From: Eledone cirrhosa
Lineage: Eukaryota
DNA: 64,000 bases
NCBI GenBank assembly: GCA_964016885.1
Contig: OZ024745.1
Span: 5,766,001-5,830,000 of the forward strand
Reading direction: 5' to 3'
The position numbers were made by a program, and so were the translations under genes. Within the stretch, counting starts at the first letter, position 1. Every line of letters starts with the position of its first letter. Below the pieces are notes generated by a model. That model ran no database searches. It was given only the letters and a program-made list of their open reading frames with translations, and was not told the DNA's origin. This document shows positions 49,801 to 61,800 of this stretch, piece by piece.

Positions 49801-52800
49801 GGGTTGGGGTGGTGGGTGGTCTAGTGTCGTGGGTTTGTTCCTGGTTTGAGGTGGTGGATGGTCTAGTGTCGTGGGTTTGATTCCTGGGTTGGGGTGGTGG
49901 GTAGTCTAGTGTCGTGAGGTTGATTCCTGGGTTGGGGTGGTGGGTGGTCTAGTGTCGTGGGTTTGTTCCTGGTTTGAGGTGGTGGATGGTCTAGTGTCGT
50001 GGGTTTGTTCCTGGTTTGAGGTGGTGGATGGTCTAGTTTCGTGGGTTTGTTCCTGGTTTGACGTGGCGGATGGTCTAGTGTCGTGGGTTTGTTCCTGGTT
50101 TGAGGGGGTGGATGGTCTAGTGTCGTGGGTTTGATTCCTGGTTTGAGGTGGTGGATGGTCTAGTGTCGTGGGTTTGATTCCTGGGTTGGGGTGGTGGGTG
50201 GTCTAGTGTCGTGGGTTTGTTCCTGGTTTGAGGTGGTGGATGGTCTAGTGTCGTGGGTTTGTTCCTGGTTTGAGGTGGTGGATAGTCTAGTGTCGTGGGT
50301 TTGTTCCTGGTTTGAGGTGGTGGATGGTCTAGTGTCGTGGGTTTGTTCCTGGGTTTGAGGTGGTGGGTGGTCTAGTAACGTGGGTTTGTTCCTGGTTTGA
50401 GGTGGTGGGTGGTCTAGTGTCGTAGGTTTTTTCCTGGTTTGAGGTGGTGGATGGTCTAGTGTCGTGGGTTTGTTCCTGGTTTGAGGTGGTGGGTGGTCTA
50501 GTGTCGTGGGTTTGATTCCTGTTTTGAGGTGGTAGATGGTCTAGTGTCGTGGGTTTGATTCCTGGGTTGGGGTGGTGGGTGGTCTAGTGTCGTGGGTTTG
50601 ATTCCTGGGTTGGGGTGGTGGGTGGTCTAGTGTCGTGGGTTTGTTCCTGGTTTGAGGTGGTGGGTGGTCTAGTGTCGTGGGTTTGATTCCTGGGTTGGGG
50701 TGGTGTGTGGTCTAGTGTCGTGGGGTTGATTCCTGGGTTGGGGTGGTGGGTGGTCTAGTGTCGTGGGTTTGATTCCTGGTTTGAGGTGGTGGGTGGTCTA
50801 TTATCGTGGGTTTGATTCATGGTTTGAGGTGGTGGATGGTCTAGTGTCGTGGGTTTGTTCCTGGTTTGAGGTGGTGGATGGTCTAGTGTCGTGGGTTTGT
50901 TCCTGGTTTGAGGTGGTGGATGGTCTAGTGTCGTGGGTTTGTTCCTGTTTTGAGGTGGTGGATGGTCTAGTGTCGTGGGTTTGTTCCTGGTTTGAGGTGG
51001 TGGGTGGTCTAGTGTCGTGGGTTTGTTCCTGGTTTGAGGTGGTGGGTGGTCTAGTGTCGTGGGTTTGTTCCTGGTTTGAGGTGGTGGATGGTCTAGTGTC
51101 GTGGGTTTGTTCCTGGTTTGAGGTGGTGGATGGTCTAGTGTCGTGGGTTTGTTCCTGGTTTGAGGTGGTGGATGGTCTAGTGTCGTGGGTTTGTTCCTGG
51201 TTTGAGGTGGTGGGTGGTCTAGTGTCGTGGGTTTTTTCCTGGTTTGAGGTGGTGGGTGGTCTAGTGTCGTGGGTTTGATTCCTGGTTTGAGGTGGTGGAT
51301 GGTCTAGTGTCGTGGGTTTGATTCCTGGGTTGGGGTGGTGGGTGGTCTAGTGTCGTGGGTTTGTTCCTGGTTTGAGGTGGTGGATAGTCTAGTGTCGTGG
51401 GTTTGTTCCTGATTTGAGGTGGTGGATGGTCTAGTGTCGTGGGTTTGTTCCTAGGTTTGAGGTGGTGGGTGGTCTAGTGTCGTGGGTTTGTTCCTGGTTT
51501 GAGGTGGTGGGTGGTCTAGTGTCGTGGGTTTGTTCCTGGTTTGAGGTGGTGGATGGTCTAGTGTCGTGGGTTTGTTCCTGGTTTGAGGTGGTGGATGGTC
51601 TAGTGTCGTGGGTTTGTTCCTGGTTTGAGGTGGTGGATGGTCTAGTGTCGTGGGTTTGTTCCTGGTTTGAGGTGGTGGATGGTCTAGTGTCGTGGGTTTG
51701 TTCCTGGTTTGAGGTGGTGGGTGGTCTAGTGTCGTGGGTTTTTTCCTGGTTTGAGGTGGTGGGTGGTCTAGTGTCGTGGGTTTGATTCCTGGTTTGAGGT
51801 GGTGGATGGTCTAGTGTCGTGGGTTTGATTCCTGGGTTGGGGTGGTGGGTGGTCTAGTGTCGTGGGTTTGTTCCTGATTTGAGGTGGTGGATGGTCTAGT
51901 GTCGTGGGTTTGTTCCTGATTTGAGGTGGTGGATGGTCTAGTGTCGTGGGTTTGTTCCTGGGTTTGAGGTGGTGGGTGGTCTAGTGTCGTGGGTTTGTTC
52001 CTGGTTTGAGGTGGTGGGTGGTCTAGTGTCGTGGGTTTGTTCCTGGTTTGAGGTGGTGGGTGGTCTAGTGTCGTGGGTTTGATTCCTGTTTTGAGGTGGT
52101 GGATGGTCTAGTGTCGTGGGTTTGATTCCTGGGTTGGGGTGGTGGGTGGTCTAGTGTCGTGGGTTTGATTCCTGGGTTGGGGTGGTGGGTGGTCTAGTGT
52201 CGTGGGTTTGTTCCTGGTTTGAGGTGGTGGATGGTCTAGTGTCGTGGGTTTGATTCCTGGGTTGGGGTGGTGGGTGGTCTAGTGTCGTGGGGTTGATTCC
52301 TGGGTTGGGGTGGTGGGTGGTCTAGTGTCGTGGGTTTGATTCCTGGTTTGAGGTGGTGGGTGGTCTATTATCGTGGGTTTGATTCCTGGTTTGAGGTGGT
52401 GGATGGTCTAGTGTCGTGGGTTTGTTCCTGGTTTGAGGTGGTGGATGGTCTAGTGTCGTGGGTTTGTTCCTGGTTTGAGGTGGTGGATGGTCTAGTGTCG
52501 TGGGTTTGTTCCTGGTTTGAGGTGGTGGATGGTCTAGTGTCGTGGGTTTGTTCCTGGTTTGAGGTGGTGGGTGGTCTAGTGTCGTGGGTTTGTTCCTGGT
52601 TTGAGGTGGTGGATAGTCTAGTGTCGTGGGTTTGTTCCTGGTTTGAGGTAATGGATGGTCTAGTGTCGTGGGTTTGTTCCAGGGTTTGAGGTGGTGGGTG
52701 GTCTAGTGTCGTGGGTTTGTTCCTGGTTTGAGGTGGTGGGTGGTCTAGTGTCGTGGGTTTGTTCCTGGTTTGAGCTGGTGGATGGTCTTGTGTCGTGGTT

Positions 52801-55800
52801 TTGTTCCTGGTTTGAGGTGGTGGATGGTCTAGTGTCGTGGGTTTGTTCCTGGTTTGAGGTGGTGGATGGTCTAGTGTCGTGGGTTTGTTCCTGGTTTGAG
52901 GTGGTGGATGGTCTAGTGTCGTGGGTTTGTTCCTGGTTTGAGGTGGTGGGTGGTCTAGTGTCGTGGGTTTTTTCCTGGTTTGAGGTGGTGGGTGGTCTAG
53001 TGTCGTGGGTTTGATTCCTGGTTTGAGGTGGTGGATGGTCTAGTGTCGTGGGTTTGATTCCTGGGTTGGGGTGGTGGGTGGTCTAGTGTCGTGGGTTTGA
53101 TTCCTGGGTTGGGGTGGTGGGTGGTCTAGTGTCGTGGGTTTGTTCCTGGTTCGAGGTGGTGGATGGTCTAGTGTCGTGGGTTTGTTCCTGGTTTGAGGTG
53201 GTGGGTGGTCTAGTGTCGTGGGTTTTTTCCTGGATTGAGGTGGTGGGTGGTCTAGTGTCGTGGGTTTGATTCCTGGTTTGAGGTGGTGGATGGTCTAGTG
53301 TCGTGGGTTTGATTCCTGGGTTGGGGTGGTGGGTGGTCTAGTGTAGTGGGTTTGATTCCTGGGTTGGGGTGGTGGGTGGTCTAGTGTCGTGGGTTTGTTC
53401 CTGGTTTGAGGTGGTGGATGGTCTAGTGTCGTGGGTTTGTTCCTGGTTTGAGGTGGTGGATAGTCTAGTGTCGTGGGTTTGTTCCTGGTTTGAGGTGGTG
53501 GATGGTCTAGTGTCGTGGGTTTGTTCCTGGGTTTGAGGTGGTGGGTGGTCTAGTAACGTGGGTTTGTTCCTGGTTTGAGGTGGTGGGTGGTCTAGTGTCG
53601 TAGGTTTTTTCCTGGTTTGAGGTGGTGGATGGTCTAGTGTCGTGGGTTTGTTCCTGGTTTGAGGTGGTGGGTGGTCTAGTGTCGTGGGTTTGATTCCTGT
53701 TTTGAGGTGGTGGATGGTCTAGTGTCGTGGGTTTGATTCCTGGGTTGGGGTGGTGGGTGGTCTAGTGTCGTGGGTTTGATTCCTGGGTTGGGGTGGTGGC
53801 TGGTCTAGTGTCGTGGGTTTGTTCCTGGTTTGAGGTGGTGGGTGGTCTAGTGTCGTGGGTTTGATTCCTGGGTTGGGGTGGTGGCTGGTCTAATGTCGTG
53901 GGGTTGATTCCTGGTTTGAGGTGGTGGGTGGTCTAGTGTCGTGGGTTTGATTCCTGGGTTGGGGTGGTGGGTGGTCTAGTGTCGTGGGTTTGATTCCTGG
54001 TTTGAGGTGGTGGATGGTCTAGTGTCGTGGGTTTGTTCCTGGTTTGAGGTGGTGGATGGTCTAGTGTCGTGGGTTTGTTCCTGGTTTGAGGTGGTGGATG
54101 GTCTAGTGTCGTGGGTTTGTTCCTGGTTTGAGGTGGTGGGTGGTCTAGTGTCGTGGGATTGTTCCTGGTTTGAGGTGGTGGATGGTCTAGTGTCGTGGGT
54201 TTGTTCCTGGTTTGAGGGGGTGGATGGTCTAGTGTCGTGGGTTTGTTCCTGGTTTGAGGTGGTGGATGGTCTAGTGTCGTGGGTTTGTTCCTGGTTTGAG
54301 GTGGTGGATGGTCTAGTGTCGTGGGTTTGTTCCTGGTTTGAGGTGGTGGGTGGTCTAGTGTCGTGTATTTTTTCCTGGTTTGAGGTGGTGGGTGGTCTAG
54401 TGTCGTGGGTTTGATTCCTGGGTTGAGGTGGTGGATGGTCTAGTGTCGTGGGTTTGTTCCTGGTTTGAGGAGGTGGATAGTCTAGTGTCGTGGGTTTGTT
54501 CCTGGTTTGAGGTGGTGGATGGTCTAGTGTCGTGGGTTTGTTCCTGGGTTTGAGGTGGTGGGTGGTCTAGTGTCGTGGGTTTGTTCCTGGTTTGAAGTGG
54601 TGGGTGGTCTAGTGTCGTGGGTTTTCTCCTGGTTTGAGGTGGTGGGTGGTCTAGTGTCGTGGGTTTGTTCCTGGTTTGTGGTGGTGGGTGGTCTAGTGTC
54701 GTGGGTTTCATTCCTGTTTTGAGGTGGTGGATGGTCTAGTGTCGTGGGTTTGATTCCTGGGTTGGGGTGGTGGGTGGTCTAGTGTCGTGGGTTTGATTCC
54801 TGGGTTGGGGTGGTGGGTGGTCTAGTGTCGTGGGTTTGTTCCTGGTTTGAGGTGGTGGGTGGTCTAGTGTCGTGGGTTTGTTCCTGGTTTGAGGTGGTGG
54901 ATGGTCTAGTGTCGTGGGTTTGTTCCTGGTTTGAGGTGGTGGATGGTCTAGAGTCGTGGGTTTGTTCCTGGTTTGAGGTGGTGGATGGTCTAGTATCGTG
55001 GTTTTGTTCCTGGTTTGAGGTGGTGGATGGTCTAGTGTCGTGGGTTTGTTCCTGGTTTGAGGTGGTGGGTGGTCTAGTGTCGTGTGTTTGATTCCTGGTT
55101 TGAGGTGGTGGATGGTCTAGTGTCGTGGGTTTGATTCCTGGGTTGGGGTGGTGGGTGGTCTAGTGTCGTGGGTTTGTTCCTGGTTTGAGGTGGTGGATAG
55201 TCTAGTGTCGTGGGTTTGTTCCTGGTTTGAGGTGGTGGATGGTCTAGTGTCGTGGGTTTGTTCCTGGGTTTGAGTTGGTGGGTGGTCTAGTGTCGTGGGT
55301 TTGTTCCTGGTTTGAGGTGGTGGGTGGTCTAGTGTCGTGGGTTTTTCCTGGTTTGAGGTGGTGGGTGGTCTAGTGTCGTGGGTTTTCTCCTGGTTTGAGG
55401 TGGTGGGTGGTCTAGTGTCGTGGGTTTGATTCCTGTTTTGAGGTGGTGGATGGTCTAGTGTCGTGGGTTTGATTCCTGGGTTGGGGTGGTGGGTGGTCTA
55501 GTGTCGTGGGTTTGATTCCTGGGTTGGGGTGGTGGGTGGTCTAGTGTCGTGGGTTTGTTCCTGGTTTGAGGTGGTGGATGGTCTAGTGTCGTGGGTTTGA
55601 TTCCTGGGTTGGGGTGGTGGGTGGTCTAGTGTCGTGGGGTTGATTCCTGGGTTGGGGTGGTGGGTGGTCTAGTGTCGTGGGTTTGATTCCTGGTTTGAGG
55701 TGGTGGGTGGTCTATTATCGTGGGTTTGATTCCTGGTTTGAGGTGGTCGATGGTCTAGTGTCGTGGGTTTGTTCCTGGTTTGAGGTGGTGGATGGTCTAG

Positions 55801-58800
55801 TGTCGTGGGTTTGTTCCTGGTTTGAGGTGGTGGATGGTCTAGTGTCGTGGGTTTGTTCCTGGTTTGAGGTGGTGGATGGTCTAGTGTCGTGGGTTTGTTC
55901 CTGGTTTGAGGTGGTGGGTGGTCTAGTGTCGTGGGTTTGTTCCTGGTTTGAGGTGGTGGATAGTCTAGTGTCGTGGGTTTGTTCCTGGTTTGAGGTGGTG
56001 GATGGTCTAGTGTCGTGGGTTTGTTCCAGGGTTTGAGGTTTTGGGTGGTCTAGTGTCGTGGGTTTGTTCCTGGTTTGAGGTGGTGGGTGGTCTAGTGTCG
56101 TGGGTTTGTTCCTGGTTTGAGCTGGTGGATAGTCTAGTGTCGTGGTTTTGTTCCTGGTTTGAGGTGGTGGATGGTCTAGTGTCGTGGGTTTGTTCCTGGT
56201 TTGAGGTGGTGGATGGTCTAGTGTCGTGGGTTTGTTCCTGGTTTGAGGTGGTGGATGGTCTAGTGTCGTGGGTTTGTTCCTGGTTTGATGTGGTGGGTGG
56301 TCTAGTGTCGTGGGTTTTTTCCTGGTTTGAGGTGGTGGGTGGTCTAGTGTCGTGGGTTTGATTCCTGGTTTGAGGTGGTGGATGGTCTAGTGTCGTGGGT
56401 TTGATTCCTGGGTTGGGGTGGTGGGTCGTCTAGTGTCGTGGGTTTGATTCCTGGGTTGGGGTGGTGGGTGGTCTAGTGTCGTGGATTTGTTCCTGGTTTG
56501 AGGTGGTGGATGGTCTAGTGTCGTGGGTTTGATTCCTGGGTTGGGGTGGTGGGTGGTCTAGTGTCGTGGGGTTGATTCCTGGGTTGGGGTGGTGGGTGGT
56601 CTAGTGTCGTGGGTTTGATTCCTGGTTTGAGGTTGTGGGTGGTCTATTATCGTGGGTTTGATTCCTGGTTTGAGGTGGTGGATGGTCTAGTGTCGTGGGT
56701 TTGTTCCTGGTTTGAGGTGGTGGATGGTCTAGTGTCGTGGGTTTGTTCCTGGTTTGAGGTGGTGGGTGGTCTAGTGTCGTGGGGTTGATTCCTAGGTTGG
56801 GAGGTGGGTAGTCTAATGTCGTGGGTTTGATTCCTGGTTTGAGGTGGTGGGTGGTCTAGTGTCGTGGGTTTGATTCCTGGTTTGAGGTGGTGGGTGGTCT
56901 AGTGTCGTGGGGTGATTCCTGGGTTGAGGTGGTGGGTGGTCTAGTGTCGTGGGTTTGATTCCTGGTTTGAGGTGGTGGGTGGTCTAGTGTCGTGGGGTTG
57001 ATTCCTAGGTTGGGAGGTGGGTAGTCTAGTGTCGTAGGTTTGATTCGTGGTTTGAGGTGGTGGGTGGTCTAGTGTCGTGGGATTGATTCCTGGTTTGAGG
57101 TGGTGGGTGGTCTAGTGTCGTGGGATTGATTCCTGGTTTGAGGTGGTGGGTGGTCTAGTGTCATGGGGTTGCTTCCTAGGTCCTAGTTTGCGGTGGTGGG
57201 TGGTCTAGTGTCGTGGGGTTGATTCATGGGTTGGGGTGGTGGGTGGTCTAGTGTCGTGGGGTTGATTCCCGGGTTGGGGTGGTGGGTGATCTAGTGTCGT
57301 TGGTTTGATTCTTGGGTTGAGGTGGTGGGTGGTCTTGTGTCGTGGGTTTGATTCCTGATTTGAGGTGGTGGGTGGTCTAGTGTCCTGGGGTTGATTCCTG
57401 GTTTGAGAAGGTGGGTGGTCTAGTGTCGTGGGGTTGATTCCTGGTTTCAGGTGGTGGGTGGTCTAGTGTCGTGGGTTTGATTCCTGGCTTGGGGTGGTGG
57501 GTGGTCTAGTGTCGTGGGTTGGATTCCTGGGTTGGGGTGGTGGGTGGTCTAGTGTCGTGGGGTTGATTCCTGGTTTGAGGTGGTGGGTGGTCTAGTGTCG
57601 TGGGGTTGATTCCTGGGTTGGGGTGGTGGGTAGTCTAGTGTCGTGGGTTTGATTCCTGGTTTGAGGTGGTGGGTGGTCTAGTGTCGTGGGGTTGATTCCT
57701 GGTTTGAGGTGGTGGGTGATCTAGTGTCGTGGGTTTGATTCCCATCTTGGGGTGGTGGGTGGTCTAGTGTCGTGGGTTTGATTCCTGGGTCGGGGTGGTG
57801 GGTGGTCTAGTGTCGTGGGTTTGATTCCTGGGTTGTGGTGGTGGGTGGTCTAGTGTCGTGGGTTTGATTCCTGGTTTGAGGTGGTGGATGGTCTAGTGTC
57901 GTGGATTTGTTCCTGGTTTGAGGTGGTGGGTGGTCTAGTGTCGTGGGTTTGTTCCTGGTTTGAGGTGGTGGATGGTCTAGTGTCGTGGGTTTGTTCCTGG
58001 TTTGAGGTGGTGGATGGTCTAGTGTCGTGGGTTTGTTCCTGGTTTGACGTGGTGGATGGTCTAGTGTCGTGGGTTTGTTCCTGGTTTGAGGTGGTGGATG
58101 GTCTAGTGTCGTGGGTTTGTTCCTGGTTTGAGGTGGTGGGTGGTCTAGTGTCGTGGGTTTGTTCCTGGTTTGAGGTGGTGGATAGTCTAGTGTCGTGGGT
58201 TTGTTCCTGGTTTGAGGTGGTGGATGGTCTAGTAACGTGGGTTTGTTCCTGGTTTGAGGTGCTGGATGGTCTAGTGTCGTGGGTTTGTTCCTGGTTTGAG
58301 GTGGTGGGTGGTCTAGTGTCGTGGGTTTTTTCCTGGTTTGAGGTGGTGGGTGGTCTAGTGTCGTGGGTTTGATTCCTGGTTTGAGGTGGTGGATGGTCTA
58401 GTGTCGTGGGTTTGATTCCTGGGTTGGGGTGGTGGGTGGTCTAGTGTCGTGGGTTTGATTCCTGGGTTGGGGTGGTGGCTGCTCTAGTGTCGTGGGTTTG
58501 TTCCTGGTTTGAGGTGGTGGATGGTCTAGTGTCGTGGGTTTGATTCCTGGGTTGGGGTGGTGGGTGGTCTAGTGTCGTGGGGTTGATTCCTGGGTTGGGG
58601 TGGTGGGTGGTCTAGTGTCGTGGGTTTGATTCCTGGTTTGAGGTGGTGGGTGGTCTATTATCGTGGGTTTGATTCCTGGTTTGAGGTGGTGGATGGTCTA
58701 GTGTCGTGGGTTTGTTCCTGGTTTGAGGTGGTGGGTGGTCTAGTGTCGTGGGTTTGTTCCAGGTTTGAGGTGGTGGATGGTCTAGTGTCGTGGGTTTGTT

Positions 58801-61800
58801 CCTGGTCTGAGGTGGTGGGTGGTCTAGTGTCGTGGGGTTGATTCCTAGGTTGGGAGGTGGGTAGTCTAATGTCGTGGGTTTGATTCCTGGTTTGAGGTGG
58901 TGGGTGGTCTAGTGTCGTGGGTTTGATTCCTGGTTTGAGGTGGTGGGTGGTCTAGTGTCGTGGGGTGATTCCTGGGTTGAGGTGGTGGGTGGTCTAGTGT
59001 CGTGGGTTTGATTCCTGGTTTGAGGTGGTGGGTGGTCTAGTGTCGTGGGGTTGATTCCTAGGTAGGGAGGTGGGTAGTCTAGTGTCGTGGGTTAGATTCG
59101 TGGTTTGAGGTGGTGGGTGGTCTAGTGTCGTGGGATTGATTCCTGGTTTGAGGTGGTGGGTGGTCTAGTGTCGTGGGATTGATTCCTGGTTTGAGGTGGT
59201 GGGTGGTCTAGTGTCATGGGGTTGCTTCCTAGGTCCTAGGTTGGGGTGGTGGGTGGTCTAGTGTCGTGGGGTTGATTCATGGGTTGGGGTGGTGGGTGGT
59301 CTAGTGTCGTGGGGTTGATTCCCGGGTTGGGGTGGTGGGTGATCTAGTGTCGTTGGTTTGATTGTTGGGTTGAGGTGGTGGGTGGTCTAGTGTCGTGGGT
59401 TTGATTCCTGATTTGAGGTGGTTGGTGGTCTAGTGTCGGGGGTTGATTCCTGGTTTGAGAAGGTGGGTGGTCTAGTGTCGTGGGGTTGATTCCTGGTTTC
59501 AGGTGGTGGGTGATCTAGTGTCGTGGGTTTGATTACTGGCTTGGGGTGGTGGGTGGTCTAGTGTCGTGGGTTGGATTCCTGGGTTGGGGTGGTGGGTGGT
59601 CTAGTGTCGTGGGGTTGATTCCTGGTTTGAGGTGGTGGGTGGTCTAGTGTCGTGGGGTTGATTCCTGGGTTGGGGTGGTGGGTAGTCTAGTGTCGTGGGT
59701 TTGATTCCTGGTTTGAGGTGGTGGGTGGTCTAGTGTCATGGGGTTGATTCCTGGTTTGAGGTGGTGGGTGATCTAGTGTCGTGGGTTTGATTCCTATCTT
59801 GGGGTGGTGGGTGGTCTAGTGTCGTGGGTTTGATTCCTTGATCGGGGTGGTGGGTGGTCTAGTGTCGTGGGTTTGATTCCTGGGTTGGGGTGGTGGGTGG
59901 TCTAGTGTCGTGGGTTTGATTCCTGTGTTGGGGTGGTGGGTGGTCTAGTGTCGTGGGGTTGATTCCGGGGTTGGGGTGGTGGGTGGTCTATTATCGTGGG
60001 TTTGATTCCTGGTTTGAGGTGGTGGATGGTCTAGTGTCGTGGGTTTGTTCCTGGTTTGAGGTGGTGGATGGTCTAGTGTCGTGGGTTTGTTCCTGGTTTG
60101 AGGTGGTGGATGGTCTAGTGTCGTGGATTTGTTCCTGGTTTGAGGTGGTGGGTGGTCTAGTGTCGTGAGTTTGTTCCTGGTTTGAGGTGGTGGATGGTCT
60201 AGTGTCGTGGGTTTGCTCCTGGTTTGAGGTGGTGGATGGTCTAGTGTCGTGGGTTTGTTCCTGGTTTGACGTGGTGGATGGTCTAGTGTCGTGGGTTTGT
60301 TCCTGGTTTGAGGTGGTGGATGGTCTAGTGTCGTGGGTTTGTTCCTGGTTTGAGGTGGTGGGTGGTCTAGTGTCGTGGGTTTTTTCCTGGTTTGAGGTGG
60401 TGGGTGGTCTAGTGTCGTGGGTTTGATTCCTGGTTTGAGGTGGTGGATGGTCTAGTGTCGTGGGTTTGATTCCTGGGTTGGGGTGGTGGGTGGTCTAGTG
60501 TCGTGGGTTTGATTCCTGGGTTGGGGTGGTGGGTGGTCTAGTGTCGTGGGTTTGTTCTTGGTTTGAGGTGGTGGATAGTCTAGTGTCGTGGGTTTGTTCC
60601 TAGGTTTGAGGTGGTGGATGGTCTATTGTCGTGGGTTTGTTCCTGGTTTGAGGTGGTGGATGGTCTATTGTCGTGGGTTTGTTCCTAGGTTTGAGGTGGT
60701 GGGTGGTCTAGTAACGTGGGTTTGTTCCTGGTTTGAGGTGGTGGGTGGTCTAGTGTCGTAGGTTTTTTCCTGGTTTGAGGTGGTGGATGGTCTAGTGTCG
60801 TGGGTTTGTTCCTGGTTTGAGGTGGTGGGTGGTCTAGTGTCGTGGGTTTGATTCCTGTTTTGAGGTGGAGGATGGTCTAGTGTCGTGAGTTTGATTCCTG
60901 GGTTGGGGTGGTGGGTGGTCTAGTGTCGTGGGTTTGATTCCTGGGTTGGGGTGGTGGCTGGTCTAGTGTCGTGGGTTTGTTCCTGGTTTGAGGTGGTGGG
61001 TGGTCTAGTGTCGTGGGTTTGATTCCTGGGTTGGGGTGGTGGCTGGTCTAATGTCGTGGCGTTGATTCCTGGTTTGAGGTGGTGGGTGGTCTAGTGTCGT
61101 GGGTTTGATTCCTGGGTTGGGGTGGTGGGTCGTCTAGTGTCGTGGGTTTGATTCCTGGTTTGAGGTGGTGGATGGTCTAGTGTCGTGGGTTTGTTCCTGG
61201 TTTGAGGTGGTGGATGGTCAAGTGTCGTGGGTTTGTTCCTGGTTTGAGGTGGTGGATGGTCTAGTGTCGTGGGTTTGTTCCTGGTTTGAGGTGGTGGATG
61301 GTCTAGTGTCGTGGGTTTGTTCCTGGTTTGAGGTGGTGGGTGGTCTAGTGTCGTGGGTTTGTTCCTGGATTGAGGTGGTGGATGGTCTAGTGTCGTGGGT
61401 TTGTTCCTGGTTTGAGGGGGTGGATGGTCTAGTGTCGTGGGTTTGTTCCTGGTTTGAGGTGGTGGATGGTCTAGTGTCGTGGGTTTGTTCCTGGTTTGAG
61501 GTGGTGGATGGTCTAGTGTCGTGGGTTTGTTCCTGGTTTGAGGTGGTGGGTGGTCTAGTGTCGTGGGTTTTTTCCTGGTTTGAGGTGGTGGGTGGTCTAG
61601 TGTCGTGGGTTTGATTCCTGGTTTGAGGTGGTGGATGGTCTAGTGTCGTGGGTTTGATTCCTGGGTGGGGGTGGTGGGTGGTCTAGTGTCGTGGGTTTGA
61701 TTCCTGGGTTGGGGTGGTGGGTGGTCTAGTGTCGTGGGTTTGTTCCTGGTTTGAGGTGGTGGATGGTCTAGTGTCGTGGGTTTGTTCCTGGTTTGTGGTG